Of a stretch of DNA of 64,000 nt, positions 28,303 through 38,656 are shown one piece after another. The stretch's first letter is position 1. Each line of letters starts with the position of its first letter. This DNA is from an uncultured Nitrospiraceae bacterium (GTDB lineage Bacteria; Nitrospirota; Thermodesulfovibrionia; Thermodesulfovibrionales; Dissulfurispiraceae). The DNA lies in the NCBI GenBank assembly GCA_963705105.1, contig CAVPIW010000006.1, positions 832,001-896,000 on the forward strand, in the 5' to 3' direction. Under the pieces are notes generated by a model, which saw only the letters and a list, made by a program, of their open reading frames with translations, made no database searches and had not been told where the DNA came from. The translations under genes and the position numbers were made by a program.

Positions 28303-29028
28303 AAAGGCATTTTCATAACTGGCACGGACACAGGCGTCGGCAAGACCGTCGTCTCGGCGGTCATCATCAGGTCCCTCATCCGGAAGGGCTTCCGGACCGG
28401 CGCGATGAAGCCTTTCGAAACGGGATGCACGAAACAGGACGACATGCTCTGCCCGGAAGACGGCACTTTCCTCAGGTCCGTTGCCGGAATGGACGACCCC
28501 CTGGAGCTTGTCACCCCTGTCCGGTACGAATTGCCCCTTGCGCCGATGGTCGCCTCGGGCCTCGAAAAAAGAGCCGTCGACCTGTCCGCGGCCTTCTCGG
28601 CCTTTCACACCCTCAGCGGCAGATATGACGCCGTCGTCGTCGAAGGGGTGGGAGGACTCCTCGTCCCCCTGACCCGGCCGACCGCAGGGGCGCCGGCCTA
28701 TTACGTCTCGGACCTTATCCGCAGCCTAGCCCTGCCCGTCATCATCGTCACCCGCCCCACCCTCGGCACGATCAATCACACACTCCTCACCGTGTATCAG
28801 GCGATGAGGGAGGGGCTCGACGTCATCGGCATCATCATCAATGAACATGCCCCGCCGGGGCAGAGCGTCGCGGAAAAGACGAACCCTTCGGTCATCGAGA
28901 AGCTCAGCCCCGTCCCGGTCCTCGGCATTGTGCCCCACCTCCCGGAGGTGACGGAGGACGCCGTCGATGCCGTCGCCGCCCGGCCGACCCTCTTCCTCGA
29001 TCCCGTCTTTCAGGCCTGCCTGAGATGA
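28297..29028 (+). CDS. bioD: Dethiobiotin synthase
   Basis: IFITGTDTGVGKT, KPFETG, VEGVGG, LGTINHTLL. Confidence 0.93.
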   Translation: MGKGIFITGTDTGVGKTVVSAVIIRSLIRKGFRTGAMKPFETGCTKQDDMLCPEDGTFLRSVAGMDDPLELVTPVRYELPLAPMVASGLEKRAVDLSAAFSAFHTLSGRYDAVVVEGVGGLLVPLTRPTAGAPAYYVSDLIRSLALPVIIVTRPTLGTINHTLLTVYQAMREGLDVIGIIINEHAPPGQSVAEKTNPSVIEKLSPVPVLGIVPHLPEVTEDAVDAVAARPTLFLDPVFQACLR

Positions 29029-29672
29029 TGAGTTCGGCACGAGAAATGAAAATCATGACCCGGGAGGAAGTAGCCCATTTGGCGATCTGCAGATACGAGG
29101 GGCCGATTCGCCTGGTTGCGTCGGCCCGGGACTTGGAGCAGGCGATTCATGTGATCCGGGGCGAACAGGTGGTAGGACTGGACACGGAAACGAAGCCCAC
29201 ATTCTTCAAGGGTCAATTTCACCTGCCCTGTCTGGTACAGATTGCCACCGCGTCCGTGGTGTATCTGTTTCAGTTGAAACGGATGGATTTTTCCGGTACG
29301 TTGGTGGAAGTGCTTGAAAATCCGGCACTCATCAAGGCGGGCATCGGGCTGGCTGCCGATTTCTCGAATCTCAGGAAGGTGTTCCCGTTTGAGCCTCAAA
29401 ACATCATTGACCTGAGCCTCGTGGCGCAACGGCAGGGCATCAAGCATTCAAGCGTCCGCAATCTGGCCGGACAACTGCTCGGATTTCGCATCACCAAGGG
29501 CTCCTCCACTTCCAACTGGGCCAGTCCCCGGCTGACACCGAAGCAAATCGCTTACGCCGCTACCGATGCGTGGGTTTGCCGGGAACTCTTCCTGCGTTTT
29601 CAGCAACTCGGGTTCCTCGATTTGGAGGGCCGCCCGCTCTCGAAAAGGACCGCGAACAGGGTCAGCCCTTGA
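29025..29672 (+). CDS. 3'-5' exonuclease (RNase D/WRN-like DEDDy)
   Basis: GLDTET, LVQIAT, SNW, YAATDA. Confidence 0.88.
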   Translation: MMSSAREMKIMTREEVAHLAICRYEGPIRLVASARDLEQAIHVIRGEQVVGLDTETKPTFFKGQFHLPCLVQIATASVVYLFQLKRMDFSGTLVEVLENPALIKAGIGLAADFSNLRKVFPFEPQNIIDLSLVAQRQGIKHSSVRNLAGQLLGFRITKGSSTSNWASPRLTPKQIAYAATDAWVCRELFLRFQQLGFLDLEGRPLSKRTANRVSP

Positions 29673-29888
29673 AACTTGACAACGAATCATGCGACGCGTG
29701 CGACAGGGGACAGAAAGGGGACGGCAAAGCGTCAACAGGAAATAGTTGGCCTATCATCAGACGTCAAAGACTGGCCTGCCCCGGACGATGCCGACTATCC
29801 AACGCCTTTGTAGGATACACCGACTTCAAGACTTGGTCGTTTGAAAGTCAGCAAGATCCGGGAGGCAGTGTCCACTCCTCAGTCCATT

Positions 29889-29925
29889 AAAAAAGCAAGC
29901 CCAAGGACGAAACCCCTGGGCTTGC
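29889..29925 (-). terminator. Intrinsic terminator downstream of the protease gene
   Basis: Minus strand GCAAGCCCAGGGG-TTTCGT-CCTTGGGCTTGC-TTTTTT. Confidence 0.75.
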
Positions 29926-32295
29926 ACAATGCGTGAGGCTATTACCACTCAGCAGGCGCTTTGCTCGCGTCTTTTTCTTATCCGGGTTATTCCCAGTCCT
30001 CCAATTGGTACTGGACCGTGAGATTGTAGGTCACTTTCCTGCCGGAGGCGTCTGTGAATCTTACGGAATCTTCACCGTTGCTGCACACTTCTGAATCGCG
30101 CCCTTTCCCTGGTTTGAAATGAGTCCCGCTTTCTTCCATTCATTTGTGAAACGGGAGACGCAACGAACAAATTGCCCGTGATTTCCCGCGCTTTTATTGC
30201 ATCGTTCCATGAGATCCATCATCGAGCAACCATTGTCAAAAAGCATATTACTCACTCCGGGCTCACACTCATCAATGATGATGTCGGGACGAGTGTCGGA
30301 ATTCGGGCACTGATCCGAATCTTGCGGAATCTTTCCATCAATACCGGAAGGGCCCGGTCTCTCTCCGAGAAGATCGGCTGCAAGAACGATGTCATCACCG
30401 TCAACATCATTGTCGCCGTCGAGGTCTGCTTTCCCACATTCAAGGGCGCGAATTCTATCGATAACAGGGATATTTGCCGGATTAACTCTGTCGCTGTATC
30501 GCTGCGGAATCGTAAGATCAATTCCCTCGCAATCACGGATAAAGTCGACCTCGTGTGCTACCACGATGCCGTTCTGATCAAAATCAGGATCACAGACATC
30601 ACCGAAGCCGTCCTTGTCACGGTCCTCCTGTTTCGGATTTGATGTATTCTGACAATTATCGGCCACATCAGGAACTCCGTCACCATCGCGATCAGGAAGA
30701 GCAGCATCTTCATCCGAACCGAAAACCCATGTGGCATGAACATGTAATTCTCTCGAATCGGCCCTGTCGACGACCTGCAACGCCAATGATCTGCCGTATG
30801 CAATGTTATCACCCAATAAGACGTCTCTTGGATAATACTCCGCCAATACCCTTACCCTTTCTTCGGGCGTACGCGACCATAGTTCGAGTGCAAAAGGCGG
30901 GGCATCAACCTGAAGGTTCTTGTTCAAGGTGGCGATGCTTCCTCCGACAGGCACAAAACTCTCTCCTGTCAACACGTGTGCTGTCTCTGACAATGATCTT
31001 CCGGGCAGCATTCCGAGGTAAACGACGTTGCCGACAATCGCTATTTTGTCAAATATCATGGAGTCCGGAGGATTGATCCGGGATACCAGCTTTATGAAGA
31101 AGTTCTTACCACATTGGAAGAAACATGCCTCTTCCTCATAGGGAAGGCAGGCGTCGAGCCTGATTTCCGTGCAGAGAGAAGCATCAGGCGGAATTATGTC
31201 GGGAGGGTTATAAATCGTCGGACAGGGATCTTCCGCGTCCGGAAAACCATCGTTGTCATCATCAGTCTCGAATTTGCTGCAATTCAGACCGTCCTTACCA
31301 TCACTATTTACTCCTGCAAAATCATACTTGGGGCTTGTTGTGACTTGGCATAGTGGGTGGTAATAATAGCCAATTACCTGCTGGTTGTTATACGGATCAT
31401 CATCCAAAGAATCCGGACAATTATCTCCGTCTAAATCGTTATCACAGGCGTCACCTACCGTATCATTATCCGTGTCTAACTGATCAGGGTTGGCAACGTG
31501 AGGACAGTTGTCACAGGCATCAGGCATACCGTCACCATCGGAATCGAACTGGCTATAATTCGGATCGTTTGGACACTTGTCATAGAGATCGCAGATGCCG
31601 TCATGATCGGTGTCTCCTCCCATTAAGCCGCCACAGACATTCACGTAAGCCTGACGCTCAGGAATGGTAGTCAGACAGAGATTTCGTATTCGATCTCTTT
31701 GATCGGCGGTGAACCCTTCAACGCGACTTCCGCTTTTAAAAACGTAGGGACCATTGCAGCCTCCGTAGTATGACATTATCAGTGCCGTGTCGGGAGAGTA
31801 AGACGTCGGTGTTGAAAGTGTTTCAGTAACGGATCTGTCGCATTGAACGGTACAAAATCGCTTATAGGGACTATACGGGTCAAGACCCACATCAAAATGA
31901 AACCATTGTATGCACCACTCATGATTGATCACATATGTAGGTTGTTCGCCTGACAGATAGACGTCATAACCGGGTAATGTGTCCGGTTCCAGCGGGCCGG
32001 GATCTAAAGGCGTATCCGCCAATCCTTCATCGTGAATTGCCGGATCGTCACCATTATCTGCAGGATCCTTCCACGTGTGAGGATGGGCAAGACAAAAGTG
32101 ATGGCCGAGCTCATGCGCAATAACTGCACCGATCGGGAAAAATCTTGCAAAAACTCCGTAGTAATCACTCTCATAGGCACGATTATTATATGACGCCGCT
32201 TGTGAAAAGCCACCGACAGGCGGTGGACCCTATTGTTTGGACAGCCTGATGGGTGGGATAAGCTCTGAGTTCATTGTTAAATTCTTTATGAAGCA

Positions 32296-33153
32296 TCAGG
32301 CAGCCTCGGCGAATGGGTGAGGCAGTCCATAGTAAACCTCATCCGGGGTACGGTCGTCAAGAGAAGAGTGCCCGCGCTGTTCGTTGTAAAAGCGTATCCA
32401 GTTGGTTAACCCCTGACGCAGCTCAGAGCCGCCGCCGAACGAATGCAGGTAAAGGTAGTGATGTTTGATGGTCCACCATAGCCGTTCAACAAAGATGTTG
32501 TCCTGGCACCTACCGCGGCCGTCCATACTGATGGCGACTCCGTGGTCCTTGAGGATTTGAGTGAACCCTTTGCTGGTAAACTGTGCTCCTTGATCCGTGT
32601 TGAAAATCTCCGGTGCCCCATAGCGGCTCAGGGCTTCCTGGAGGGCCTGATTGCAGAAGTCCGAGTCCAAGGTATTGGAAAGACGCCAGGACAGGATTTT
32701 GCGGCTGTGCCAGTCCATGACCGCCACCAGGTACATAAAGCCACGTGCCATGGGAACGTAGGTGATATCGGTAGCCCACACCTGGTTGGCATGATCGATC
32801 CTCAGGTCTCTGAGCAGATAGGGATAAATTATGTGCTCCGGATGGGGCCGGCTGGTGTGCGGCTTGGGGTAGATCGCCTCGATGCCCATCAGTCGCATCA
32901 GCCGCTGGATGCGTTTGCGGTTGACCTTACGGCCCTGTCGGCGGAAATGCCGCGCCATCGACCGGCTGCCGTAGGTCGGGGTCTTCAGGTACTGCTCGTC
33001 GATCAGGCGCATGAGGTCCAGGTCCTCGGGATTAATCGGGCACGGCTCATAGTAGAACGAGGACCGGCTCAATCCCAGCAACTGGCATTGGCGGGAGATG
33101 CTCGGCTCGCGAAGTTCAGGTTCGATCATCTGCTTTCGCTGCTGGCTGCTCAA
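32296..33153 (-). CDS. IS3 transposase OrfB (DDE integrase core)
   Basis: WATDITY, FNTDQGAQF, DNIFVERLW. Confidence 0.93.
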   Translation of the reverse strand: MSSQQRKQMIEPELREPSISRQCQLLGLSRSSFYYEPCPINPEDLDLMRLIDEQYLKTPTYGSRSMARHFRRQGRKVNRKRIQRLMRLMGIEAIYPKPHTSRPHPEHIIYPYLLRDLRIDHANQVWATDITYVPMARGFMYLVAVMDWHSRKILSWRLSNTLDSDFCNQALQEALSRYGAPEIFNTDQGAQFTSKGFTQILKDHGVAISMDGRGRCQDNIFVERLWWTIKHHYLYLHSFGGGSELRQGLTNWIRFYNEQRGHSSLDDRTPDEVYYGLPHPFAEAA

Positions 33154-33431
33154 GAGCCGAGCTTTCGTGCTAAAAAATCGTTTTCTACCTTGAGCCGGCC
33201 AATCTGCCGGTAGAGCTCATCGAACTGGCCCTCGACCTGCTTGCGGGACTTGTGGTTCTTGTCGAAAAGCTCAGCGGCGCTGTCGAGCAGCTGCCGCTTC
33301 CAGGTGGAGATCATGGTCGGGTGGATGTCGAAGCGACTGGCCAGTTGAGCGGTGGTCTCTTCGTTCTGTAATGCGGCCAGCGCGACCTTCGCCTTGAATT
33401 GGGAACTGTGTTGCTTTCGTTTCTTGCTCAT
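33150..33431 (-). CDS. IS3 transposase OrfA (HTH); probable -1 frameshift at TTTTTTA (33171-33177)
   Basis: FKAKVALAAL, ELYRQIGRLKVENDFL. Confidence 0.9.
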   Translation of the reverse strand: MSKKRKQHSSQFKAKVALAALQNEETTAQLASRFDIHPTMISTWKRQLLDSAAELFDKNHKSRKQVEGQFDELYRQIGRLKVENDFLARKLGS

Positions 33432-34045
33432 CTCAGATCCTCCATGAGTGGTCTGAATCAGAGCTTAGCACACTGTCCAGTTTTTGGGGTCCACCGCCAC
33501 ACTGAGATTCTGCAAGACAAACAATGTGATTTTTTCCCTGTTATTAGCCATTGCCCAATCCTTGAGGGCTTTGATTTTAATCTTTGCGTCCTCTGTATCC
33601 GGATCCGTAATTGTTGAATAGGTGGTTTCATAATGCACGTTTATATCGCTGATGCGAAAGGAGATGCCGACAGGCTTGAATATCTCATTGACATAATACA
33701 TTTCAAGCTGGGAATGCTCCTGGAGAAAGTCATGCAGGTCATTTTCAAACAGGAAACCGCAGGGGTCCTGACCTGAACTGTCACAGTATACTTCCATATC
33801 GATGTCGTAGGTCACATCGGCAGATCCCCATGCACCGGAGTTGCAAAATATTGACGGAATAACCAAAGCACACAAAACTGCAGCCACGAAGAGGTGTTTA
33901 CGTTTCCTGAATTGTCTCGACCGGTTGCCATGTCTCTCCATTGCCCTGTCCTCCTTTTGCGATGAAGTTACTCCTCCAAGCCTCTCAGCGCATGCCGGAA
34001 GCCCCGCAGGCCGTCATGAATGTCAGGATGATGACCGATGTCTCT

Positions 34046-34118
34046 TCCCGGTATCCGGCCAAACAAAGACCCGCCCGGTTCCATCCCGCCTTCACCGCGC
34101 CTTGGCTTGGACTTTCCC
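34046..34118 (-). ncRNA. Degenerate GEMM (c-di-GMP-I)-like leader
   Basis: Minus strand TCCAAGCC...GGGATGGAACCGGGCGGGTCT...GGCCGGATACCG, collinear with the 63003-63082 riboswitch. Confidence 0.35.
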
Positions 34119-34383
34119 TGCTTCGTTTTTATCACATTATTCGGTGGTATGCAAATCAGTAATATTAATATTCGGATAACTGTTGTTAATGGATATCTCG
34201 TGCTCATTTCTTCCATCGTATCAACCCCTCCCGACCTTCTCCAAAGTGAGGCAGCGCGGAAGCTGGCGGAGGCGAACAAAGAGTGATCGCGCGTGTGGAG
34301 ACGTAGATCAAAACAAAGCTGGCGGAAGCCGAATCACCCCTTTTTGTGGTAAAGTGATTGAAATTGGGTGATCACGATGAAGA

Positions 34384-35628
34384 TTGGATTATCCCTCCAT
34401 GCTAAAAGAGGAAGAAAGAAATGAAAGTACAGTTATGACGCCGAGGGGTCCTGAGGCTTTCGAATCACATATTCAAAGAGTCGTCGACATTATGCTTGAG
34501 TTTGCCCGGCTGAGCGGGCTCTCTCCGGCTGTCGTCCCCCCGCAGCGCTACCTGTGGACGGACGCCTTTGCCGTCTGCAACTTCCTCGAACTTTATCGTC
34601 AGACAGGGGATGGCCGGTTCAGGCAACTGGCGACGCTCCTGGTCGATCAGGTCCACGCCGTTCTGGGCCGGCGGCGGAGAGATGACGAAAGGGGCGGCTG
34701 GATCAGCGGTCTTGACGAGCGGGAGGGCGCCCTGCACCCCACAATCGGCGGGCTGAGGATCGGGAAGGAGATGAACGAGCGGGCGCCCGGGGAACCTTTT
34801 GATGAGCGCCTGGAATGGGAGAGAGACGGTCAGTACTACCATTACCTGACGCAATGGATGCACGCCCTTGATCGCGTCGGAAGGGTCACGGACGATCCGG
34901 TCTACAACCGGTGGGCGATAGAGCTTGCCAAAAGGGCCCACGCGGGGTTCGTCCACACACATCCCCCGGGCGGCCCGAAACGTATGTACTGGAAAATGAG
35001 CATAGACCTCTCCTATCCGCTCGTCCCGTCCATGGGCCTTCATGATCCTCTTGATGGATTGGTCGCCTACAGCGAGATTCAGGCGTCCGCACAGAGATAC
35101 GCCGGGGAGACCGGGCGGCCCGACCTCAAGGCCGAGATCGTCGACATGGCACAGATATGTGAAGGAAGAAACTGGACCACCGATGACCCCCTCGGCATCG
35201 GCGGCCTTTTAATCGACGCCTTTAAGATGGGACAATTGATCGTGACGACGGACTTCACCCGCCGCATCCTGCTCGAAGACGTGCTGGGCGCTTCCCTGGA
35301 TGGTTTGAACTCCTTCGAAAGGATGTCACCCCTGGAGTCCCCTGCCCGGCACCGTCTCGCATTCCGTGAGCTTGGGCTGTCCATAGGGCTGCAGGCGCTG
35401 GAGAGACTTTGGGGATTATCCGTTCAGCATCCCGAGACCTTCGAGAGGCGACGTCTACCCTCGCTCTTTCGTGGCCTGATGCGGTACATGCCGCTGCGAG
35501 ACGTGATTCACACCTTTTGGCTCGAGCAGAAGAACAGAGAATCGGGAAGTTGGAATGCCCACCGCAACATTAACATGGTGATGCTCGCGACGAGCCTTGC
35601 GCCTGAGGGGTATCTCTCGCTTCTCTGA
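34384..35628 (+). CDS. Hypothetical protein, possibly alpha/alpha-barrel glycosidase-like (start uncertain)
   Basis: 414-aa open frame; RYLWTDAFAV, DGQYYHYLTQW, HDPLDG. Confidence 0.7.
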   Translation: MDYPSMLKEEERNESTVMTPRGPEAFESHIQRVVDIMLEFARLSGLSPAVVPPQRYLWTDAFAVCNFLELYRQTGDGRFRQLATLLVDQVHAVLGRRRRDDERGGWISGLDEREGALHPTIGGLRIGKEMNERAPGEPFDERLEWERDGQYYHYLTQWMHALDRVGRVTDDPVYNRWAIELAKRAHAGFVHTHPPGGPKRMYWKMSIDLSYPLVPSMGLHDPLDGLVAYSEIQASAQRYAGETGRPDLKAEIVDMAQICEGRNWTTDDPLGIGGLLIDAFKMGQLIVTTDFTRRILLEDVLGASLDGLNSFERMSPLESPARHRLAFRELGLSIGLQALERLWGLSVQHPETFERRRLPSLFRGLMRYMPLRDVIHTFWLEQKNRESGSWNAHRNINMVMLATSLAPEGYLSLL

Positions 35629-36281
35629 AAGGAATGATGCCGTGAAACGGGGTGTGAAGTCAGTACTTGAATCTCAACAATAATCTGAATAGTCAGGCCA
35701 GGAAATCATGAAAAAAGAATACATCCACGGCTACGATCATCGTGAAAACATACGGTTACAGGATCAGGCCTCCACATTGGTCGAGTTGCTGCACTCCGAT
35801 ACCGCCTATCCGTCGGGAAGCCGCGTCCTTGAGGCCGGTTGCGGCGTGGGGGCGCAGACCGTCACGCTGGCGCGGAGCAGCCCGGATGCCATGATTACTT
35901 CCATCGATGTTTCCGGGGCTTCGCTCATCGAAGCAGAGAGAAGAGTGACGGCGGAAGGCTTGACCAATGTGAGATTCGAGCGGGGGGACATCTTTGATCT
36001 GCCCTATGGGCCGGACTCCTTCGACCATATCTTCGTCTGTTTCGTCCTGGAGCATCTCACAAATCCGGCAGCGGCGCTCCTTGCACTGAAAAACCGTCTC
36101 CGCCCGGGCGGCACGATCACGGTCATCGAGGGGGACCACGGCTCGGCCTTTTTTCATCCCGTCAGTGAGGCGGCGCACCGCGCGATTCAGTGCCAGGTTG
36201 AATTGCAGCGCCGCGCAGGCGGCAACGCCATGATCGGGAGAGAACTTTATCCGCTGCTGCTCGGCGCAGGATATAATTCTG

Positions 36282-37593
36282 GGTTCATCCGACAAGAGCG
36301 TACTTTGACTGATGAAGAGCCATGATCTTAAGTTTGAAGAACTCGATATCTCTGAAGCCGTATGCCTGTCTTTTCATTGTCACAATCTTGTTGTTTGTGC
36401 CCTCCAGAGGGCCAGTTGAAATGGGATGATCATACCATGCCAGAATCCCCCAGCGATGGGCATGGAGCGTCTCCGCAAATGACTGCAGCATCCGTATTCC
36501 TGATGCCTTGGCCCGCGCAATCCAGTCATCCAGAAAGCGCTCTGCCGATCCTTTGCCCGGGTAGTTCCAAAGCGTTCGCAAGTCTTCTTTCATGTAATAG
36601 ACCGTTGCCAGAGGGGCGTTCATCTGCAATGCTTCCTGAAGCCTTTGCTGTTCGTTCTTTTCTGCGTCGAGGTTTTCGGGGTTCTTCAGCAGGAGCCAGC
36701 GGGTCCCCTTCAGCACAATCCTGTCTGACTGGCTGGTGAGCTTATGGTACAGGTCACGACGATAATCGGAGAGCTTGTCGTTGAACAACTTGACGATATG
36801 AAAACGGTCAAAGACAATGGCTGCCTCCGGCACGTTGTCAGACACAGCAGCGATGTATGCAGGGGACATGTCGATCGCCACGGCCTGTATTGTGGCGCCC
36901 GAGCGCAACAGCCTTCTCCAGAAAGGCTTCAACGCATCAGTCCCCTTGCCGTCGCCAACATGGACCACAGCTCCACTATCAAGATCCAAGACGACCGTCA
37001 CATACCTGTGCCCTTTGCCGATGGAAATCTCGTCGATGGCGAGGCGCCTCAGATGACCCAGTTTCGGCCGGGAGAACTTCCTGTGGAGGGACCGCTTCTG
37101 GATGTCTTTGATCACGTCCCAGCTGACGCCCACATGTCGCGCAACGTCCTGGATCGTCATGCGCCGGGAAAGCTCCAATGCATACCGTTCAAAGGCCCTC
37201 GTATAGCGGACTCGGTCCTCGGCAAACTTCAGTCTCACCTGACGCACCACAGCGCACACCAGGCACCATACCCTCTGCACGGCAATACGCACAAACGCTC
37301 TCTTGCCACCGATCGGCACCGTCCGCAGCTCTCGCACAGTGACTCCCTTACAGACGATATCCCGCCCATTGCACTCAGGGCACCGCAGGGTCAATCGATC
37401 TTGTGTGATCGTGAAAATAACCGCCCCTTCCTGATAGCTGGTCGATTGATACCGGTATCCTCGTATACCAAATGCGTGATACAATAAGCTTGTCGACATG
37501 TTGTTGCCTCCTTCTGAGAATCCTTGGTCGGAATCTCTTAGAGTAACAACATGTCGCATTTTTTTAGTCAAGTACGCTTAAACCGGAAGAACC
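36282..37593 (-). mobile_element. ISL3 family insertion sequence (1312 bp), copy 2
   Basis: Same length and identical transposase translation as copy 1; duplication TAATTCTG (36274-36281, 37594-37601). Confidence 0.95.
36285..37499 (-). CDS. ISL3 transposase
   Basis: Identical translation to 24721..25935. Confidence 0.95.
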   Translation of the reverse strand: MSTSLLYHAFGIRGYRYQSTSYQEGAVIFTITQDRLTLRCPECNGRDIVCKGVTVRELRTVPIGGKRAFVRIAVQRVWCLVCAVVRQVRLKFAEDRVRYTRAFERYALELSRRMTIQDVARHVGVSWDVIKDIQKRSLHRKFSRPKLGHLRRLAIDEISIGKGHRYVTVVLDLDSGAVVHVGDGKGTDALKPFWRRLLRSGATIQAVAIDMSPAYIAAVSDNVPEAAIVFDRFHIVKLFNDKLSDYRRDLYHKLTSQSDRIVLKGTRWLLLKNPENLDAEKNEQQRLQEALQMNAPLATVYYMKEDLRTLWNYPGKGSAERFLDDWIARAKASGIRMLQSFAETLHAHRWGILAWYDHPISTGPLEGTNNKIVTMKRQAYGFRDIEFFKLKIMALHQSKYALVG

Positions 37594-37859
37594 TAATTCT
37601 GTCCGCGTCTCTCCCCGCATGGTCTACGTCGACTCCAGCAAGCCCGGGCTTGTCGAAGGGTTTACGAAAAAAACGTTCACGGCAATGATCGAGGGGGTTC
37701 GTGAATCGGCGATCGAGGCGGGAATCATTGAACCGGAAGTTTTTGACATAGGGATACGGGACCTGTACCGGACGACGGAGCCTGACGGGGTGTTCTGTTA
37801 CACTTTTTTCAAGGCCTTCGGCATGAAATGACTGATGCAACAGTGCAAAGGAGACATCC

Positions 37860-38648
37860 ATGAATAAAGAGTTTTCAGGATTTACAGCCCCCTTTACCGC
37901 GAGCGGCCGGTCGGCCATTGTGCCCCCGCCTCCGTGGCATTACGCCGGTTGGCTGATGAACGTGTCCATACGCTGCGATACATCGAACAGCGCCGCACTG
38001 GTGCCCCCGCTGCTCGGGCGTTTGACAGGCAACGGCTGTATCCACTTTGCCGACTGGCAGGCGACAACCGACGGCGGAGAACTTGTCGATCCGGTGTATG
38101 CACAGTATCGCGAGACCATTGTCATCGTGGAGATCGAACGTCCGGGCGGGACGTTGTACAACTTCTGTCCTTTTATCTGGGTCGATCAGGACATTTCCCT
38201 CATCCGCGGTCTACTCCAGGGATGGCCGAAGAAATTCGGTACGACCCATCTTACACGTTCGCTGCCGATTGACCACGTGGCGGCTGCGCCGCTCAGGGCC
38301 GGAAGCCGCATGGGGGCGACGCTGAGCGTGAAAGACAGGCGACTGATCGAGGCCGCCCTGGAGCTTACGGGGAAAGCGGGGCGCCCTTATGGATTTCTCG
38401 CGAACAGGACCATCGGCACAGTCGGGTGGCCCGACCTGACAAGGCCTGAACAAAGCGTCGAGTTGAAGTGGCTGCTGCCGGACATTCAGAATAAAGTCTC
38501 ATCGGACTGGCATGATGCAGAGGCAACAATCAACGTGCTGCCGCATCCTGTGGAAGAGCTGTCATTGCTTGGCGAGCTGAAGGCCGGCGGGGCGAGTGTC
38601 GGATGGATAGGCATAACAATAACGGGGGCAAAGCCGCTCCCCCTGTGA
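37860..38648 (+). CDS. Acetoacetate decarboxylase-like superfamily protein (MppR-like)
   Basis: PPPPWHY, QYRE, FIWVD, GWPKKFG Schiff-base lysine motif. Confidence 0.8.
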   Translation: MNKEFSGFTAPFTASGRSAIVPPPPWHYAGWLMNVSIRCDTSNSAALVPPLLGRLTGNGCIHFADWQATTDGGELVDPVYAQYRETIVIVEIERPGGTLYNFCPFIWVDQDISLIRGLLQGWPKKFGTTHLTRSLPIDHVAAAPLRAGSRMGATLSVKDRRLIEAALELTGKAGRPYGFLANRTIGTVGWPDLTRPEQSVELKWLLPDIQNKVSSDWHDAEATINVLPHPVEELSLLGELKAGGASVGWIGITITGAKPLPL

Positions 38649-38656
38649 GGACGGAA

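Larger units (their letters stand above)
32219..33498 (-). mobile_element. IS3 family insertion sequence (1280 bp)
   Basis: 26-bp imperfect IR GGCGGTGGACCC..TGGACAG at both ends; 3-bp duplication ACA (32216-32218, 33499-33501); orfA/orfB. Confidence 0.92.
30061..33941 (-). pseudogene. Secreted metzincin (M43/ulilysin-like) metalloprotease with thrombospondin type 3 repeats, disrupted by IS3
   Basis: Removing the IS and one ACA copy joins ORFs 33465..33941 and 30061..32022 in frame through QNLSVGGFSQ...AHELGHHFCLAHPH...ADTP; Met-turn IMSY; repeats such as DxDxDGxxDxCDNCP. Confidence 0.85.
35708..37831 (+). pseudogene. Class I SAM-dependent methyltransferase disrupted by ISL3
   Basis: VLEAGCGVG motif; removing the IS and one TAATTCTG restores ...GAGYNS-VRVSPRMVYVDSSKP... 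Confidence 0.9.

Noticed and set aside
24627..37593. Composite transposon bounded by the two ISL3 copies
   Set aside because: Each copy has its own different target duplication, and none flanks the whole unit.
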